Part shown: in pieces, positions 35,790 through 46,123 of the stretch
Numbering within the stretch: position 1 is the stretch's first letter
Layout: each line of letters starts with the position of its first letter
Virus record (IMG/VR): IMGVR_UViG_2837658290_000001
Span: 1,897-65,896 of that record
Length of the DNA stretch: 64,000 bases
Source: a virus
Taxonomy: Duplodnaviria > Caudoviricetes
Direction: 5' to 3' (one strand)
Made by a program: the position numbers and the translations under genes
Notes under the pieces: model-generated
Databases searched by the model: none
What the model saw: only the letters and a program-made list of their open reading frames with translations
Told to the model about the DNA's origin: nothing

Positions 35790-36413
35790 ATGCGGGCCTT
35801 GCCTTCACCGGTTCTCGCGCGGCTTGCGGCGCGCGAGGGGATTTGCGCGCGCGTGCTGCTCTGGGTGAAAGCCCGGGAGCGCGACAGCGGGGCTGAGGCC
35901 TGCCTCGGGCTCTGGTCGGGCGAGGATCATGCGGTCTTCGTGATCGGCGGGGAGAGCCGGAGCTATTTTGGTGCCGGCGGGCTGATCTCGATGCCGCCTC
36001 TGACCTCGGAGGTAGGGCTGAACGTGCGCAGCCACCGGCTGGTACTTTCGCCGCTGGCGCCGGAGGTGAGCCAGCTCATCCGTGGATATGATCCGCGTCT
36101 CGCGCCTGTCGAGATCCATGTGGCCAGTTTTGATCCCGCCACCGGGGTATTGCTGGCCGAGCCTGCGCGGGTGTTCCGGGGGGTGATCAACACGGTCACG
36201 GTGGAAACCCCGCCTGAGGGTGGTGAGGCGCGGGTCGAGCTGGAGCTGCTGAGCGCGGCCCAGGCGCTCACCCGCACGCTTGCCCTCAAGAAATCCGCGG
36301 AAACCCTGCGCCTGCGCGCGCCCGCAGATGCGTTCCGCCAGTATATCGCCGTCACCGGCGCTGTGGAGACGGTCTGGGGCGAGGCGCGCGCCACCCGACC
36401 CGCGAACGGCTGA
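35790..36413 (+). CDS. Tail tip/hub protein
   Basis: AGGAG RBS; .Y.GAG.L, F.G.I, C-terminal WG; position in the tail tip cluster. Confidence 0.65.
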   Translation: MRALPSPVLARLAAREGICARVLLWVKARERDSGAEACLGLWSGEDHAVFVIGGESRSYFGAGGLISMPPLTSEVGLNVRSHRLVLSPLAPEVSQLIRGYDPRLAPVEIHVASFDPATGVLLAEPARVFRGVINTVTVETPPEGGEARVELELLSAAQALTRTLALKKSAETLRLRAPADAFRQYIAVTGAVETVWGEARATRPANG

Positions 36414-36486
36414 CCCTGCGCGTTCCTGCGCGCGACTGACCTAGCGCGTCCTGCGCCCTGACATCCTCACTCTCGGAGAGATCCCG

Positions 36487-36891
36487 ATGACCCGTCTGCC
36501 CGACTGGACCCCGCGCCTTGTGCGCTGGCTTGCCCTTGCTGCGCCGCGCCCCTTTGTGCCGGGCACGCATGACTGCGCGCTGTTCCTGGCGGGCGCGGTG
36601 GAAGCGATGACCGGGGTGGATTATGCCGCCTCCTACAGGGGGCGCTACACCACCCTGCGCGGGGGGCTGCGCATCCTGCGCCGGGACGGGTTTGCCGATC
36701 ACATCGCGCTGGCTGCGCATCATCTGCCGGAGATCTCCCCGGCTGAGGCCCGTCCGGGGGACGGGGTGGTGGTGGAGACGCCGGACGGCCCGGCGCTGGG
36801 GCTGCATCAGGGCGAGGCGGTCTGGGTGCTGAGCCCCGGGCGTCTGGCGCTGGTCCCTGCGGCGCGGGTGATCCGCGCCTTCGGGGTCTGA
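36487..36891 (+). CDS. NlpC/P60-like tail protein (DUF6950-like)
   Basis: RLPDW..RL, F..G.HDC.LF...AV.AMTG.D, A.PGD motifs. Confidence 0.8.
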   Translation: MTRLPDWTPRLVRWLALAAPRPFVPGTHDCALFLAGAVEAMTGVDYAASYRGRYTTLRGGLRILRRDGFADHIALAAHHLPEISPAEARPGDGVVVETPDGPALGLHQGEAVWVLSPGRLALVPAARVIRAFGV

Positions 36892-36894
36892 GCC

Positions 36895-39800
36895 ATGCCC
36901 CAGGTTGGCGCATTCTTTGCAGGCATGTTCTCGGCCGCGGCCCCGGCGATCGGGTCGGCCACGTTCGGGGCCTGGGCGGCCGGCGCAGGGGTGTCGGGCT
37001 TTCTCACTACGACGGTGCTGGGCCGGCTTCTGAGCACGGTGGCGCTGACGGCGCTGTCGCGGGCACTTGCTCCCAAACCCACGGTGCCTGGGATCCGGAC
37101 GACGCAGACCCTGACCGGGGGCGTGACACCGGCGAGCTTCATTCTGGGGCGCTATGCCACCGAAGGCCAGCTGGTTTGCCCGCCGATGAGTCACGGGCGC
37201 GATGGCGGCACGCCGAATGCCTATCTGACCTATGTGATCGAGCTTGGGGATGTGCCGGGGCAGACCCTGGAAGGGATCATCGTCGATGGTCGTGCCTGTG
37301 TGCCCGACAGCGAAAACCCACACGCGGATTATGGCTTTCCGCTCCCGGAGCTCAGCGAGAGCCGGACCCGGACGCAGGTGGTGGGCAGTGATCCGGTGGA
37401 TGGCTATCCGATCTATGACGAGGTCACGACCGAGACTCCCACGGCCTGGGTGCGGTATTACGATGGCACGCAGGTCGCGGCCGATCCGATGCTGATGGAC
37501 CGGTATGGCGATTATCCCGAACGGCCGTGGACGGCGGACATGGTGGGGACGGGGATCTGTTATGCGATCCTGACCTTCCGGCTGGCCCGGGCGATCTACA
37601 CGGGCTTTCCGCAGGTGCGCTTCGTGCTGGGGGGCATTCCGCTTTATGACCCGCGGGCTGATGACACGGCCGGTGGTGCAGGTCCCCAGCGCCGGGAGGA
37701 TCCCGCCACCTGGACCCCTTCGGAAAACCCCGCCGTGCAGGTCTACAATATCCTGCGCGGCATTGCGCTGCCGGGCGGTCACGTCTGGGGCGGGGATATG
37801 GCGGCGGAGGATCTGCCGGCCGGGAGCTGGTTTGCTGCGATGGCGGCGGCGGATGCGCCGGTGGCGCTCGACGAGGAAGGCGCCAGCGAGCCGGCCTGGC
37901 GCAGTGGATACGAGGTCTTTGTTGCCGATGAGCCGGCCGGGGTGATCGAGGAGCTGCTCAAGCCCTGTTCGGGACAGCTTGCGGAGATCGGGGGCGTGTG
38001 GAAGATCCGCCTCGGGGGCCCGGGCCTGCCGGTCTTCTTCTTCAGCGATGCGGATGTGAACATCTCCGACAGCCAGCAGTTCGATCCCTTCCCGGCGCTG
38101 GCGGACACCTATAATGGCGTGCATGCGAGCTATCCCGATCCCGATGCGCTCTGGAACAGCGTCGATGCGCCGCCGCGCTATGATGCCGGCTCCGAGGCGG
38201 CCGACGGAAACCGGCGCCTCATCGCCGATCTGAGCCTGCCGGCCTGTCCCTATGCCAATCAGGTGCAGCGGGTGATGCGGGCTTATCTTGAAGAAGAGCG
38301 GCGCATGCGGCGTCATGTGCTGACGCTGGCGCCCGAGGCCATTCCGCTCGAGCCGCTCGATGCGGTGGCCTGGAGCTCGGCGCGCAATGGCTATGAGGCG
38401 AAGATCTTCGAGGTGGTCACGATCGTCGATCCGCTGGTCACCTCGAAACCTCAGCTCAGTCTGCGCGAGCGCGATCCGGCTGATTATGACTGGCAGCCGG
38501 GGTTTGCGCTGCCGGTCAGCCTGCCGAGCCCGGCCACGGTGCCGGCGCTGCCCCTCAGTGTCGGTCTGTGGTCGGTGGCGCCGACCAGCCTGCGCGGCGC
38601 CGATGGCACGGCGCGTCGTCCCGGGCTCTTGCTGAGCTGGCAGGGGGCGGATCGCGATGAGGCGGCGGGCCTGCGCTACCGGGTGCGGCTCGCGGCCACG
38701 CAGGAGGTGGTGGCCACCGGCCAGACCGAGGATGCGACCGAGGGGGCGCGGGTGATCTCGGAGGGAGTGCTGCCGGACACGGACTACCAGGTCCGGGTGG
38801 CCTGGGCCGCGCGGGACGACCGCGAAAGCCTCTGGTCGGACTGGGCTGCGGTCACGACGCCCGACACGCGGCTGGCGCCGCCGGATCTCGATCCGGGCGT
38901 GCAGGGCGCGCTCAGCGATGCGGTGAGTGCGCGGGCCGATCTCGATGCGCTGACGGATGGCTATACCGGCACGCTGGCGGGGACGGTGGCGGGTTTTGAC
39001 GGGGTGATTGCGGGTCTTGAGGCCACGCTGGCGTCTGTCTCGGGGGATCTGACGGATCTCTCTGGTGCCTATGGCGCGCTCACCACCGGTTTTGCCGGCA
39101 CACTTTCGGCGGCCGTTGGGGATCTTGCCGCTCAGATCGGCGGGCTTGATCAGGCGGTGATCGATGCGCGCGCCGAGGCTGCTATGGCAATTGCCCCGCT
39201 CGGGGTCAGTGTGCCGCGTGCGCCTTCCAGCGCCTGGACCATGGATCCGACCTCGACGGCAGCCCCGGTGCTGCGGCCTGCGGCGGAGGCGTCGCGCTTT
39301 GTGACGGATGACGCGGTCTTTGGGGAGTGTTTTGAGCTGGGGCCGCAGAACCAGACCCTGGCCGCGGCCTATCCGCTGAGCTTCGATCCGGAGGCCGTCT
39401 ACCGGGTCGATGTCACCTTCCGGGTCACCGATGCGGGCAGCACGGGCGGCGTCCGCTGGCGGATCGGGGCCACGACCTTTGCAGGCGGGGCGATTGCCGA
39501 GAGCAATATCCAGTCGCTCACGCAGACCGCCACGCTCGCCGATGGGGTTGTGACTGCCTCGCTCTGGATCTCTGCCAGTTTGCAGACGCTGCAGGAGGCG
39601 GAGCTTGCAGACAATCTGCATCTGGCGGGATCAGGGTCGGCGAACCGGGCCTGGTTCCACCTGCGGGCCAATGTCTCGGGCGACAGCGACGGGATCGTGC
39701 ATGTGGCCTCTCTCGCGGTGCGCGATGTGACCGCAGCGCTCGAGGTGGCCGCCACATTGCGCAGCACGCTCAGCGCAGAACTCGGTCAGGTCTCGGCCAC

Positions 39801-42800
39801 GCTCGCGCAGGATTATTATACGATCACTGAGACCGATCAGGCGATCACGGCCGCCGGGCTGGCGCTGCAATCGGCGATCGGGGCTGTGGCGGCGGATCTG
39901 GCGACGAACTATTACACGCGGGCCTCGGCCGACGGCGCGATCGCGGGCGCGATCACCAGCTATCATGCCGATCTGACGGGGGCCTCCGGGGCGCTCGGAC
40001 TTCTCTCTGCCGATCTGGAGACGAACTATTACACCAGCACGCAGACAGACAGCGCTATTGCCGGGGAGATCACGAGCTACAATGCGGCATTGCTGAGCCC
40101 CGCCGGCGCGGTCGGGGCGATCTCCGCGGACCTTGCGTCGAATTATTACACCATTGCCGGGACCGGGAGCGCGATTGCCAGTTCGGTCACCGACTATCAC
40201 GCTGAGCTGGTCGGGGCCTCGGGTGCTCTGGGCCTGCTCGCAGCGGATCTGAGCACGAACCACTACACCATCACCGAAGCCGATCAGGCCATTGCCGGCT
40301 CTCTTACCGAGTATACGTCCTCGCTGCTGGCCCCCGGCGGTGCGATCGGCGCGCTTTCGGCAGATCTTGCGCAGAACTATTACACCAGAACCGAAGCCGA
40401 CAGCGCCATTGCGGGTCAGATCACCAGCTATGATGCCCAGCTTACGGGTCCGGCCGGTGCGCTTGGATCGCTGTCGGCGAACCTCACGCAGAACTATCTG
40501 ACCCGCACCGAGACCGGCACAGCAATTGCCCTTTCCGCGCAGCGGATGCAGGCCCGGTCCGAACGCCGCCTTATGGCGGCGGCCGCCTGCCTGCCGCAGA
40601 TCTGCATGGTCTCGGGCAGCTATGAGTTTGCGGCCTTCGAAGACGGGACGGTCCTTTACAGGGATGGCGCGCGGGTGCTGACGCTGGATCGGGGAGAGAT
40701 CTCCGCGCTGGCTTGTACGCGCGGCGAGCGCTTCACCAGTGACAAACCCTTCGTGGCTTCGCTTGCGGGCAATCCCGGCTATGGGACGCCACTTGGGTCA
40801 GAAGGCATGGCGGGCACGCGCTTTGCGCATGCCTTCACCCGCGACACGCCGGTTACCACCACGATCCTGCCGCTGGCCTCGGGGCGCTGGCGCGCGCGCA
40901 CCGGACCGGTCGATGATGGGGATCTGAGCGCCGAGCCCTGGCAGGAGATGGCAGCCGGGACCTTCATCGATCTGAGCGACAGCAGAAGCGGCGAGATCTT
41001 TGTTCATGTCGAAACCACCGCATATGTGCTGGTGCATCGTCGCGGGGGAGGTACATCGGACGGCGAGCTGATCAGCCCGGCGGCGCCGGAACTGATGGCA
41101 CTCAATGACTGGCCGTCGATGATTGCGCCGCCCGTCGGGGTGGTCGTTCAGAACTCCGGTGCTTATTACGCTTCCAGCGACGGGGAAACCCTGCTGTGGA
41201 GCTTTGCCAGTGGCGATGGCGCCGGCAGTGACGCGGAAACACATATGCCGGTCGCGGCCTGTGGCGATGAATATTGCCTGGCCCAGACCGGGATCGCCGA
41301 CTATTTCCTGGCCACGATGGACCAGCCTTCGGTGATCACCGTCACCGACCGGACCGGGACGATGATCGGCACACATGCGCTGGCTGCCTTCGATACGCTG
41401 CAGATCGGTCTGGAAAGCGGTGCGGGGGCTCAGATCAGTTCTGAGGGGCCGTTCTACTTCAGCGGCAGCGCACCGTTCTTTCTGCGTGCCAACAAAACCT
41501 CGGACGAGTTTGTCGCGGTGGGCTACCGGCGCGCCGCACGCCAGGAGGTGGAAAGTGCGGCGCTGACGGGCGCGATCAATGATATCCGCAATCTTGAGAC
41601 CAATGCACTGACGGGTACGGCTTTTGCGACGATGTTGCAGGCGCTGCAGGTCGATGCGGCCGGCAATTCGGCCTTCGTGTCGCTGTCCGGAACAGCGCTG
41701 GCCAATCTGCAGGGCTATCTGGCGGCCAGTGCATCGCTGACGGCGGAGCTCTCAGGTGGTCAGATCGCGGGGCTGCGCGCGACGGTCTACGATGGGGCCG
41801 GAGGGGCAAGTCCGGGTGCACTTCTCGAGCTCATCGGGGATACGGTGATTGCACCTGGTACGATCTCGACGAGCCGTCTCGTGGTGTCGGATCTGACAAA
41901 CTTTGCGGCCGGTTGCGACTTTGAAACCGATGCCGGCATTCCCTTCGATGTCGCGGCGGCCGGGTTCGTGCTGGACGACACGGTCTGTCTTACCGGCGCA
42001 CGGTCGCTCAGGATCAGTCATGCAGCGGTCACGGCGCCCTTCTTTAACGACATGATCGTCTCCCCGGGCTCAGAGATCTATGCGGAGCTCCACGCCCGGA
42101 AATCCCCAGACTGGGATGGGGACGGGGCCAATGCGAAGCTGCGCTTTGGTAATAACACAACAGGTGCAAACAGCTATGTCGCGGCGATCCCGCTTGGGAC
42201 CGGTGACTTCAGTGCCGCTGACAGCTGGGAGCGCAAAACGCTGGTCGTCACGGTGCCGGCGGGCTGTACGCGCCTGAGCGTGAGCCTCATGTTCGCCAGT
42301 GCGGCGGCCAGTGCCGGCAGCATCTGGCTCGATGGCATCGTCATCCGTCACAGAAACGGCGGTGAGCTCATCGTGGATGGCGCGATCACCGGGGATCATG
42401 TCGCAAGCCAGACGCTGAGCTCGGAGCATGTCCTGGCCGGGGGGATCTCTGCGGACAGGCTGGCGATCGGTATGGGCGGCAACCTGATCGAGGATCCGGT
42501 CTGGGCAACCGGGACTGAAGGTATCGGCACATGGACCGCCAACGCGACCCTCAACGCCGAGACGACCGTCGACCTGCGTCCGCCGGGGCAGTGGGCGGGG
42601 GTAAACTTCCCGACCATGATGATCTTCCAGGACGGTACGACGGTTGCGGATTATTACCTCTATCTCAAACGGGTCGGTGCGGGTTATGGCAATGGCCAGT
42701 GTTTCCCGGTTGAGCCGGGGCAATGGTATGATGGCAGTGCGCATGTCTCCACGCATCGCTGTGGTGGTCAGTTGCAGATCCGCTGGCGCGATGGCTCCGG

Positions 42801-43635
42801 CACCGATCTGGGTGGGCCTGCGAGCGTGGAGCTCAGCAACAATCTTGCGGGCTCTTCCGGCAATCCTGATGCCTGGGCGCGCTATGGCGTGAGGGGGCAG
42901 GCGCCGTCGGGCGCGGTGATGGGGCAGGTCGTGCTGCGCAAATACGGCACAAATCCGGGAGAGGCGAACAGCTACGTCTTTGTGCACAAGCCGATGCTGG
43001 CGCAGACCCATGCCCATGCCTCGGCCTCGCCACCCTGGTCCCCCGGCGGGCAGACCTCGATTGCCGGCGATCAGATCCGTACCGGGGCGATCCGGTCTGC
43101 CAACTTCGTCTCAGGCGTGGCGGGCTGGAGCATCGACACCGTCGGCAATGCCGAGTTCAACAGCCTGATTACCCGCGGCGCGCTGATCGATGGCGCGGCC
43201 TCGGACGGGGGCGCGATCGTGGCCCATGCCGGCGGAGTGGTCGCGGTTCAGAATACCGTGGCGGCGGTTCTGGCCACGGGCCCGCTGCAGCACGGGCAGC
43301 TCTGGCAGATCGGCGTGATGTCGGAATACCGCCGCCATTCGAGCTACAGCTACGAGGCCAAGACCACTGTGACGGTGAATGTGGAAACGCGGTTCCGGGT
43401 GCAGATGCGCGTGAAGAGCGCCGGGGTCTGGTCGGGCTGGGCCACGGAGTTCACCGCCCCTTACAGCTCGAGCCCGGTCTGGACGTCGGACAATTACCTC
43501 TTCAGCCGGATGGGAAGTTTTGAAGACATGGAAATCCGGCTGCTCTGCGAGCTCTCGGCCACGCCGGATCCGGCCACTCCGGGCCAGAGCAATATCCGCA
43601 ATGCCTCGGTCTTTGCCCGGGCGCTGGAGCGTTAG
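36895..43635 (+). CDS. Central tail fibre/host-specificity protein (gpJ-like), 2246 aa
   Basis: N-terminal tail-tip region (G..LYDPR, W..SENP, Fn3-like S.WS.W), 39-aa repeat stalk, beta-rich binding modules, C-terminal I.S.NF..G..GW.I...G.AEFN. Confidence 0.9.
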   Translation: MPQVGAFFAGMFSAAAPAIGSATFGAWAAGAGVSGFLTTTVLGRLLSTVALTALSRALAPKPTVPGIRTTQTLTGGVTPASFILGRYATEGQLVCPPMSHGRDGGTPNAYLTYVIELGDVPGQTLEGIIVDGRACVPDSENPHADYGFPLPELSESRTRTQVVGSDPVDGYPIYDEVTTETPTAWVRYYDGTQVAADPMLMDRYGDYPERPWTADMVGTGICYAILTFRLARAIYTGFPQVRFVLGGIPLYDPRADDTAGGAGPQRREDPATWTPSENPAVQVYNILRGIALPGGHVWGGDMAAEDLPAGSWFAAMAAADAPVALDEEGASEPAWRSGYEVFVADEPAGVIEELLKPCSGQLAEIGGVWKIRLGGPGLPVFFFSDADVNISDSQQFDPFPALADTYNGVHASYPDPDALWNSVDAPPRYDAGSEAADGNRRLIADLSLPACPYANQVQRVMRAYLEEERRMRRHVLTLAPEAIPLEPLDAVAWSSARNGYEAKIFEVVTIVDPLVTSKPQLSLRERDPADYDWQPGFALPVSLPSPATVPALPLSVGLWSVAPTSLRGADGTARRPGLLLSWQGADRDEAAGLRYRVRLAATQEVVATGQTEDATEGARVISEGVLPDTDYQVRVAWAARDDRESLWSDWAAVTTPDTRLAPPDLDPGVQGALSDAVSARADLDALTDGYTGTLAGTVAGFDGVIAGLEATLASVSGDLTDLSGAYGALTTGFAGTLSAAVGDLAAQIGGLDQAVIDARAEAAMAIAPLGVSVPRAPSSAWTMDPTSTAAPVLRPAAEASRFVTDDAVFGECFELGPQNQTLAAAYPLSFDPEAVYRVDVTFRVTDAGSTGGVRWRIGATTFAGGAIAESNIQSLTQTATLADGVVTASLWISASLQTLQEAELADNLHLAGSGSANRAWFHLRANVSGDSDGIVHVASLAVRDVTAALEVAATLRSTLSAELGQVSATLAQDYYTITETDQAITAAGLALQSAIGAVAADLATNYYTRASADGAIAGAITSYHADLTGASGALGLLSADLETNYYTSTQTDSAIAGEITSYNAALLSPAGAVGAISADLASNYYTIAGTGSAIASSVTDYHAELVGASGALGLLAADLSTNHYTITEADQAIAGSLTEYTSSLLAPGGAIGALSADLAQNYYTRTEADSAIAGQITSYDAQLTGPAGALGSLSANLTQNYLTRTETGTAIALSAQRMQARSERRLMAAAACLPQICMVSGSYEFAAFEDGTVLYRDGARVLTLDRGEISALACTRGERFTSDKPFVASLAGNPGYGTPLGSEGMAGTRFAHAFTRDTPVTTTILPLASGRWRARTGPVDDGDLSAEPWQEMAAGTFIDLSDSRSGEIFVHVETTAYVLVHRRGGGTSDGELISPAAPELMALNDWPSMIAPPVGVVVQNSGAYYASSDGETLLWSFASGDGAGSDAETHMPVAACGDEYCLAQTGIADYFLATMDQPSVITVTDRTGTMIGTHALAAFDTLQIGLESGAGAQISSEGPFYFSGSAPFFLRANKTSDEFVAVGYRRAARQEVESAALTGAINDIRNLETNALTGTAFATMLQALQVDAAGNSAFVSLSGTALANLQGYLAASASLTAELSGGQIAGLRATVYDGAGGASPGALLELIGDTVIAPGTISTSRLVVSDLTNFAAGCDFETDAGIPFDVAAAGFVLDDTVCLTGARSLRISHAAVTAPFFNDMIVSPGSEIYAELHARKSPDWDGDGANAKLRFGNNTTGANSYVAAIPLGTGDFSAADSWERKTLVVTVPAGCTRLSVSLMFASAAASAGSIWLDGIVIRHRNGGELIVDGAITGDHVASQTLSSEHVLAGGISADRLAIGMGGNLIEDPVWATGTEGIGTWTANATLNAETTVDLRPPGQWAGVNFPTMMIFQDGTTVADYYLYLKRVGAGYGNGQCFPVEPGQWYDGSAHVSTHRCGGQLQIRWRDGSGTDLGGPASVELSNNLAGSSGNPDAWARYGVRGQAPSGAVMGQVVLRKYGTNPGEANSYVFVHKPMLAQTHAHASASPPWSPGGQTSIAGDQIRTGAIRSANFVSGVAGWSIDTVGNAEFNSLITRGALIDGAASDGGAIVAHAGGVVAVQNTVAAVLATGPLQHGQLWQIGVMSEYRRHSSYSYEAKTTVTVNVETRFRVQMRVKSAGVWSGWATEFTAPYSSSPVWTSDNYLFSRMGSFEDMEIRLLCELSATPDPATPGQSNIRNASVFARALER
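39898..40530 (+). repeat. 117-bp (39-aa) tandem coding repeat in the tail fibre
   Basis: L..NYYT......AIA...T.Y...L....GA.G..SAD units start at 39898, 40015, 40132, 40249, 40366 and 40483 (last one partial). Confidence 0.9.
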
Positions 43636-43637
43636 AC

Positions 43638-44147
43638 ATGCCTCTCTTCGTCAAACTCGACGCGGCCGGTCTGGTGACCGGGGTTCTGCGCCATGCGGCG
43701 CGCCCGGGGCCGGACTGGCTGGAAGTGGTACCGGCCCGGGATCAGGAGGTCCCGGCGCAGGTGGTGATGCGGCCCGATGGGGTGGAGGTTCTGGAGGAGG
43801 CGCATGTGCGGGCCTTCGTGACCCCGTCCGGAACGATCGGACTTCGGGATGGGCCTGCCGGTCTGGTGCGCCTGTCGCGCATGCGTGCTGAGGGTGCCGA
43901 GCTGCTGTCCCGGCCGCTGCCTGGCGTGCTGACCGAAGAGGTGGAGGGCTGGCGGATTACGGATCTGCCTCAGGGCGCTCAGGTCGAGATCCATGATCTG
44001 AGCGGCGGCGAGGTGCTGGCGCGGGTCATGCCGGAGGGGGCCGGGGCGGAAGTCAGCTTCTCTCTGACAGATCCCGGGCGCTACGCGGTCGAGATCACGG
44101 CACCGGCGCCCTACCTGCCGGTCACCCATCTGATGGAGGTTTCCTGA
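43638..44147 (+). CDS. Tail-associated hypothetical protein
   Basis: Starts 2 bp after the fibre stop; beta-rich C-terminus (PG.Y.VEI....PYLP). Confidence 0.65.
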   Translation: MPLFVKLDAAGLVTGVLRHAARPGPDWLEVVPARDQEVPAQVVMRPDGVEVLEEAHVRAFVTPSGTIGLRDGPAGLVRLSRMRAEGAELLSRPLPGVLTEEVEGWRITDLPQGAQVEIHDLSGGEVLARVMPEGAGAEVSFSLTDPGRYAVEITAPAPYLPVTHLMEVS

Positions 44148-44148
44148 C

Positions 44149-44586
44149 ATGCTGATCCTGTCCCGGTCCGGGCAAAGCAAGGCGCGCGAGCTTGAGCACC
44201 ATGCCAGCGCGGGCATTGCCGCGATCAATGCGGCGGTGGATCAGGCGCGGCGGCGCTACATAACCCCGATTGCCGGTCAGGACATGATCTACCGGGAAAA
44301 ACAGGCCGAGGCGGAGCGCTTCCTGGCGCTGGATCCGGTGCCCGACGCGGAAAGTCTCGATCCGGGGGTGTTTCCCTTCATTGCGGCTGAAAGCCATGCC
44401 ACCGGACAGACACCTCAGGAGGTCGCTGCCCTCTTTGAGCGTCTGGCCACCGAGTGGCGCCAGCTCGGCGCCCAGATGGAAGCGCTGCGCATCGGGGCCA
44501 TCGCGCGGGTGCGGGCCGCCGCAGGCCCTGCGGACATCGGGGCTGCGGTTGCGGAGGTCGTGGCGCTTCTGGAGGGTCTGTCATGA
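44149..44586 (+). CDS. Tail fibre assembly-like protein
   Basis: GGAGG RBS; ARRRYIT...GQDMIY..K..EA motif; helical. Confidence 0.6.
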   Translation: MLILSRSGQSKARELEHHASAGIAAINAAVDQARRRYITPIAGQDMIYREKQAEAERFLALDPVPDAESLDPGVFPFIAAESHATGQTPQEVAALFERLATEWRQLGAQMEALRIGAIARVRAAAGPADIGAAVAEVVALLEGLS

Positions 44587-45119
44587 TCACGATTGAGGCT
44601 TTCGATCTGGCCGGATTGCGGTTGCGCTGGCCGGACATCGCCCGGCTGCAACAGGACGTGCCACACGAGCAGGACCTGCATTACCTCGCGGATCTGGCTG
44701 GTCGTGGCGCCCGGGCGGTTCTCGCGCGGCAGGGCTGGCGCATTGTCGGCAGCTATCTGCATCTGCCAGCCACAGAGGTGCCGGCTCTGGCCGGGAATGC
44801 GGAGTTTGTTGCGGAACTTGCCATGCTGGAGATCGGGCTCGGGGAACTGAGCGTGGCCACGCATATCTATGTTGATGGCGCGGTCCGGGGGCAGGGGCTC
44901 TCGGTCCGCCTGGCCGCGGCGCGGGCCCGGGATGCGCTGGCCTGCGGCATGACCCATGGCGTGCTCTTTGCCGCCCAGACCCCCGAGATCCGGAGCTGGG
45001 CCGGGCGCTGGCCGGGAATCCTCACGACCGGTGTGGCAGATGCGGACGGCCGGGCGATCTGCCTTGTGCCGCTCGACGGGCTGCACGGGGCGGCAACGCC
45101 ACAGAGCTCTCACGCATAA
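44583..45119 (+). CDS. GNAT-like acetyltransferase
   Basis: ATGA overlap, GGAGG RBS; IYVDGAVRGQGLSVRL resembles GNAT acetyl-CoA-binding motif A. Confidence 0.6.
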   Translation: MITIEAFDLAGLRLRWPDIARLQQDVPHEQDLHYLADLAGRGARAVLARQGWRIVGSYLHLPATEVPALAGNAEFVAELAMLEIGLGELSVATHIYVDGAVRGQGLSVRLAAARARDALACGMTHGVLFAAQTPEIRSWAGRWPGILTTGVADADGRAICLVPLDGLHGAATPQSSHA

Positions 45120-45132
45120 AAGGACAGGAAAC

Positions 45133-45375
45133 ATGTTGGACAGGATCGAGGACGCGCTCTTCTGGGCGGTCAGTTCTCTTGTGGGGGCGATTGCCTCGGG
45201 TACGCTCTGGCTCATCCGGCGGGTGATCACCAATCAAAAGCAGATCGAATTGCTGCAGGCCGAGCTCAGCACCAGAGAAAAGCAACGCGATGAGGATCGC
45301 GAGCGCATGGCCAAGATCGAATCCGGTGTCGAGCGGATCGAGGGCGTGCTCATGAAACGGGGAGCAGACAGATGA
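45133..45375 (+). CDS. Putative holin-like membrane protein
   Basis: AGGA RBS; one transmembrane segment plus coiled coil; ATGA overlap with the endolysin. Confidence 0.6.
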   Translation: MLDRIEDALFWAVSSLVGAIASGTLWLIRRVITNQKQIELLQAELSTREKQRDEDRERMAKIESGVERIEGVLMKRGADR

Positions 45376-45872
45376 GAGTTTACAGAAAAGCCGGGCTGGG
45401 TCTCGCCAGTGCGGCGGTGCTGGCCGCTGCCATTCCCGGTGTCCGTCATTGGGAGGGGCGCAGCCTGCGCGCCTATCAGGATATTGTCGGGATCTGGACC
45501 ATCTGTGACGGGGTTACCGATGGGGTGAAACCCGGTGATCTCGCCACCCCGGCGGATTGCGATGCGCGGCTCATGCAGGAACTGCGCAGCCATGCCGAGG
45601 GGCTCTCGGCCTGTATCGACGATCCGCTCGAGGCTCAGATCCCGCGCCAGACCGCGGCAGCCCTTCTCTCCTGGACTTACAATGTCGGAGTTGGCGCTGC
45701 CTGCGGCTCAACCCTGGTACGGCATCTGAATGCCGGGAACTGGGCCCGGGTCTGTCCCGAGCTCTCGCGCTGGACCCGGGCTGGCGGGCAGGTCATCCGC
45801 GGGCTCGTCAACCGCCGTGCCGCCGAGCGCGCTGATTGCGAGGCCGGACTGCATGAGGCGGGGCTGATATGA
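45372..45872 (+). CDS. Endolysin, GH24 lysozyme with SAR-like N-terminus
   Basis: E-x8-D-x5-T triad (WEGRSLRAYQDIVGIWT), YNVG, GLVNRR..E; Ala/Gly-rich N-terminal anchor. Confidence 0.93.
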   Translation: MRVYRKAGLGLASAAVLAAAIPGVRHWEGRSLRAYQDIVGIWTICDGVTDGVKPGDLATPADCDARLMQELRSHAEGLSACIDDPLEAQIPRQTAAALLSWTYNVGVGAACGSTLVRHLNAGNWARVCPELSRWTRAGGQVIRGLVNRRAAERADCEAGLHEAGLI

Positions 45873-46123
45873 TCGGGCGGCTTGCCGTGCCGGTGCTGAT
45901 CGGTGTGTTGGGGGCGGTCCTCGGCTGGAGTGTGCTCCTGCATCGTGAGAACCGGCAGCTGGTCCGTCAGATCTCCGTGCTCGAAGGGCAGATCTCCGGC
46001 TGTCAGGCCCGCACCCGCAACATCACAAAGGACAAACAAAGCGATGCGACTGTTGCTGATCCCCGCACTTACCACGTGCCTGAGCGCTGGCTCCTGCCTG
46101 ACCCCGACGCCGCCCGCGATTGA
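45869..46123 (+). CDS. Putative i-spanin (Rz-like)
   Basis: N-terminal transmembrane segment plus coiled coil, directly after the endolysin. Confidence 0.65.
   Translation: MIGRLAVPVLIGVLGAVLGWSVLLHRENRQLVRQISVLEGQISGCQARTRNITKDKQSDATVADPRTYHVPERWLLPDPDAARD

Noticed and set aside
36895-43635. Diversity-generating retroelement or invertible tail-fibre cassette
   Set aside because: No reverse transcriptase, no invertase and no template/variable repeat pair seen; the repeats are tandem coding units.
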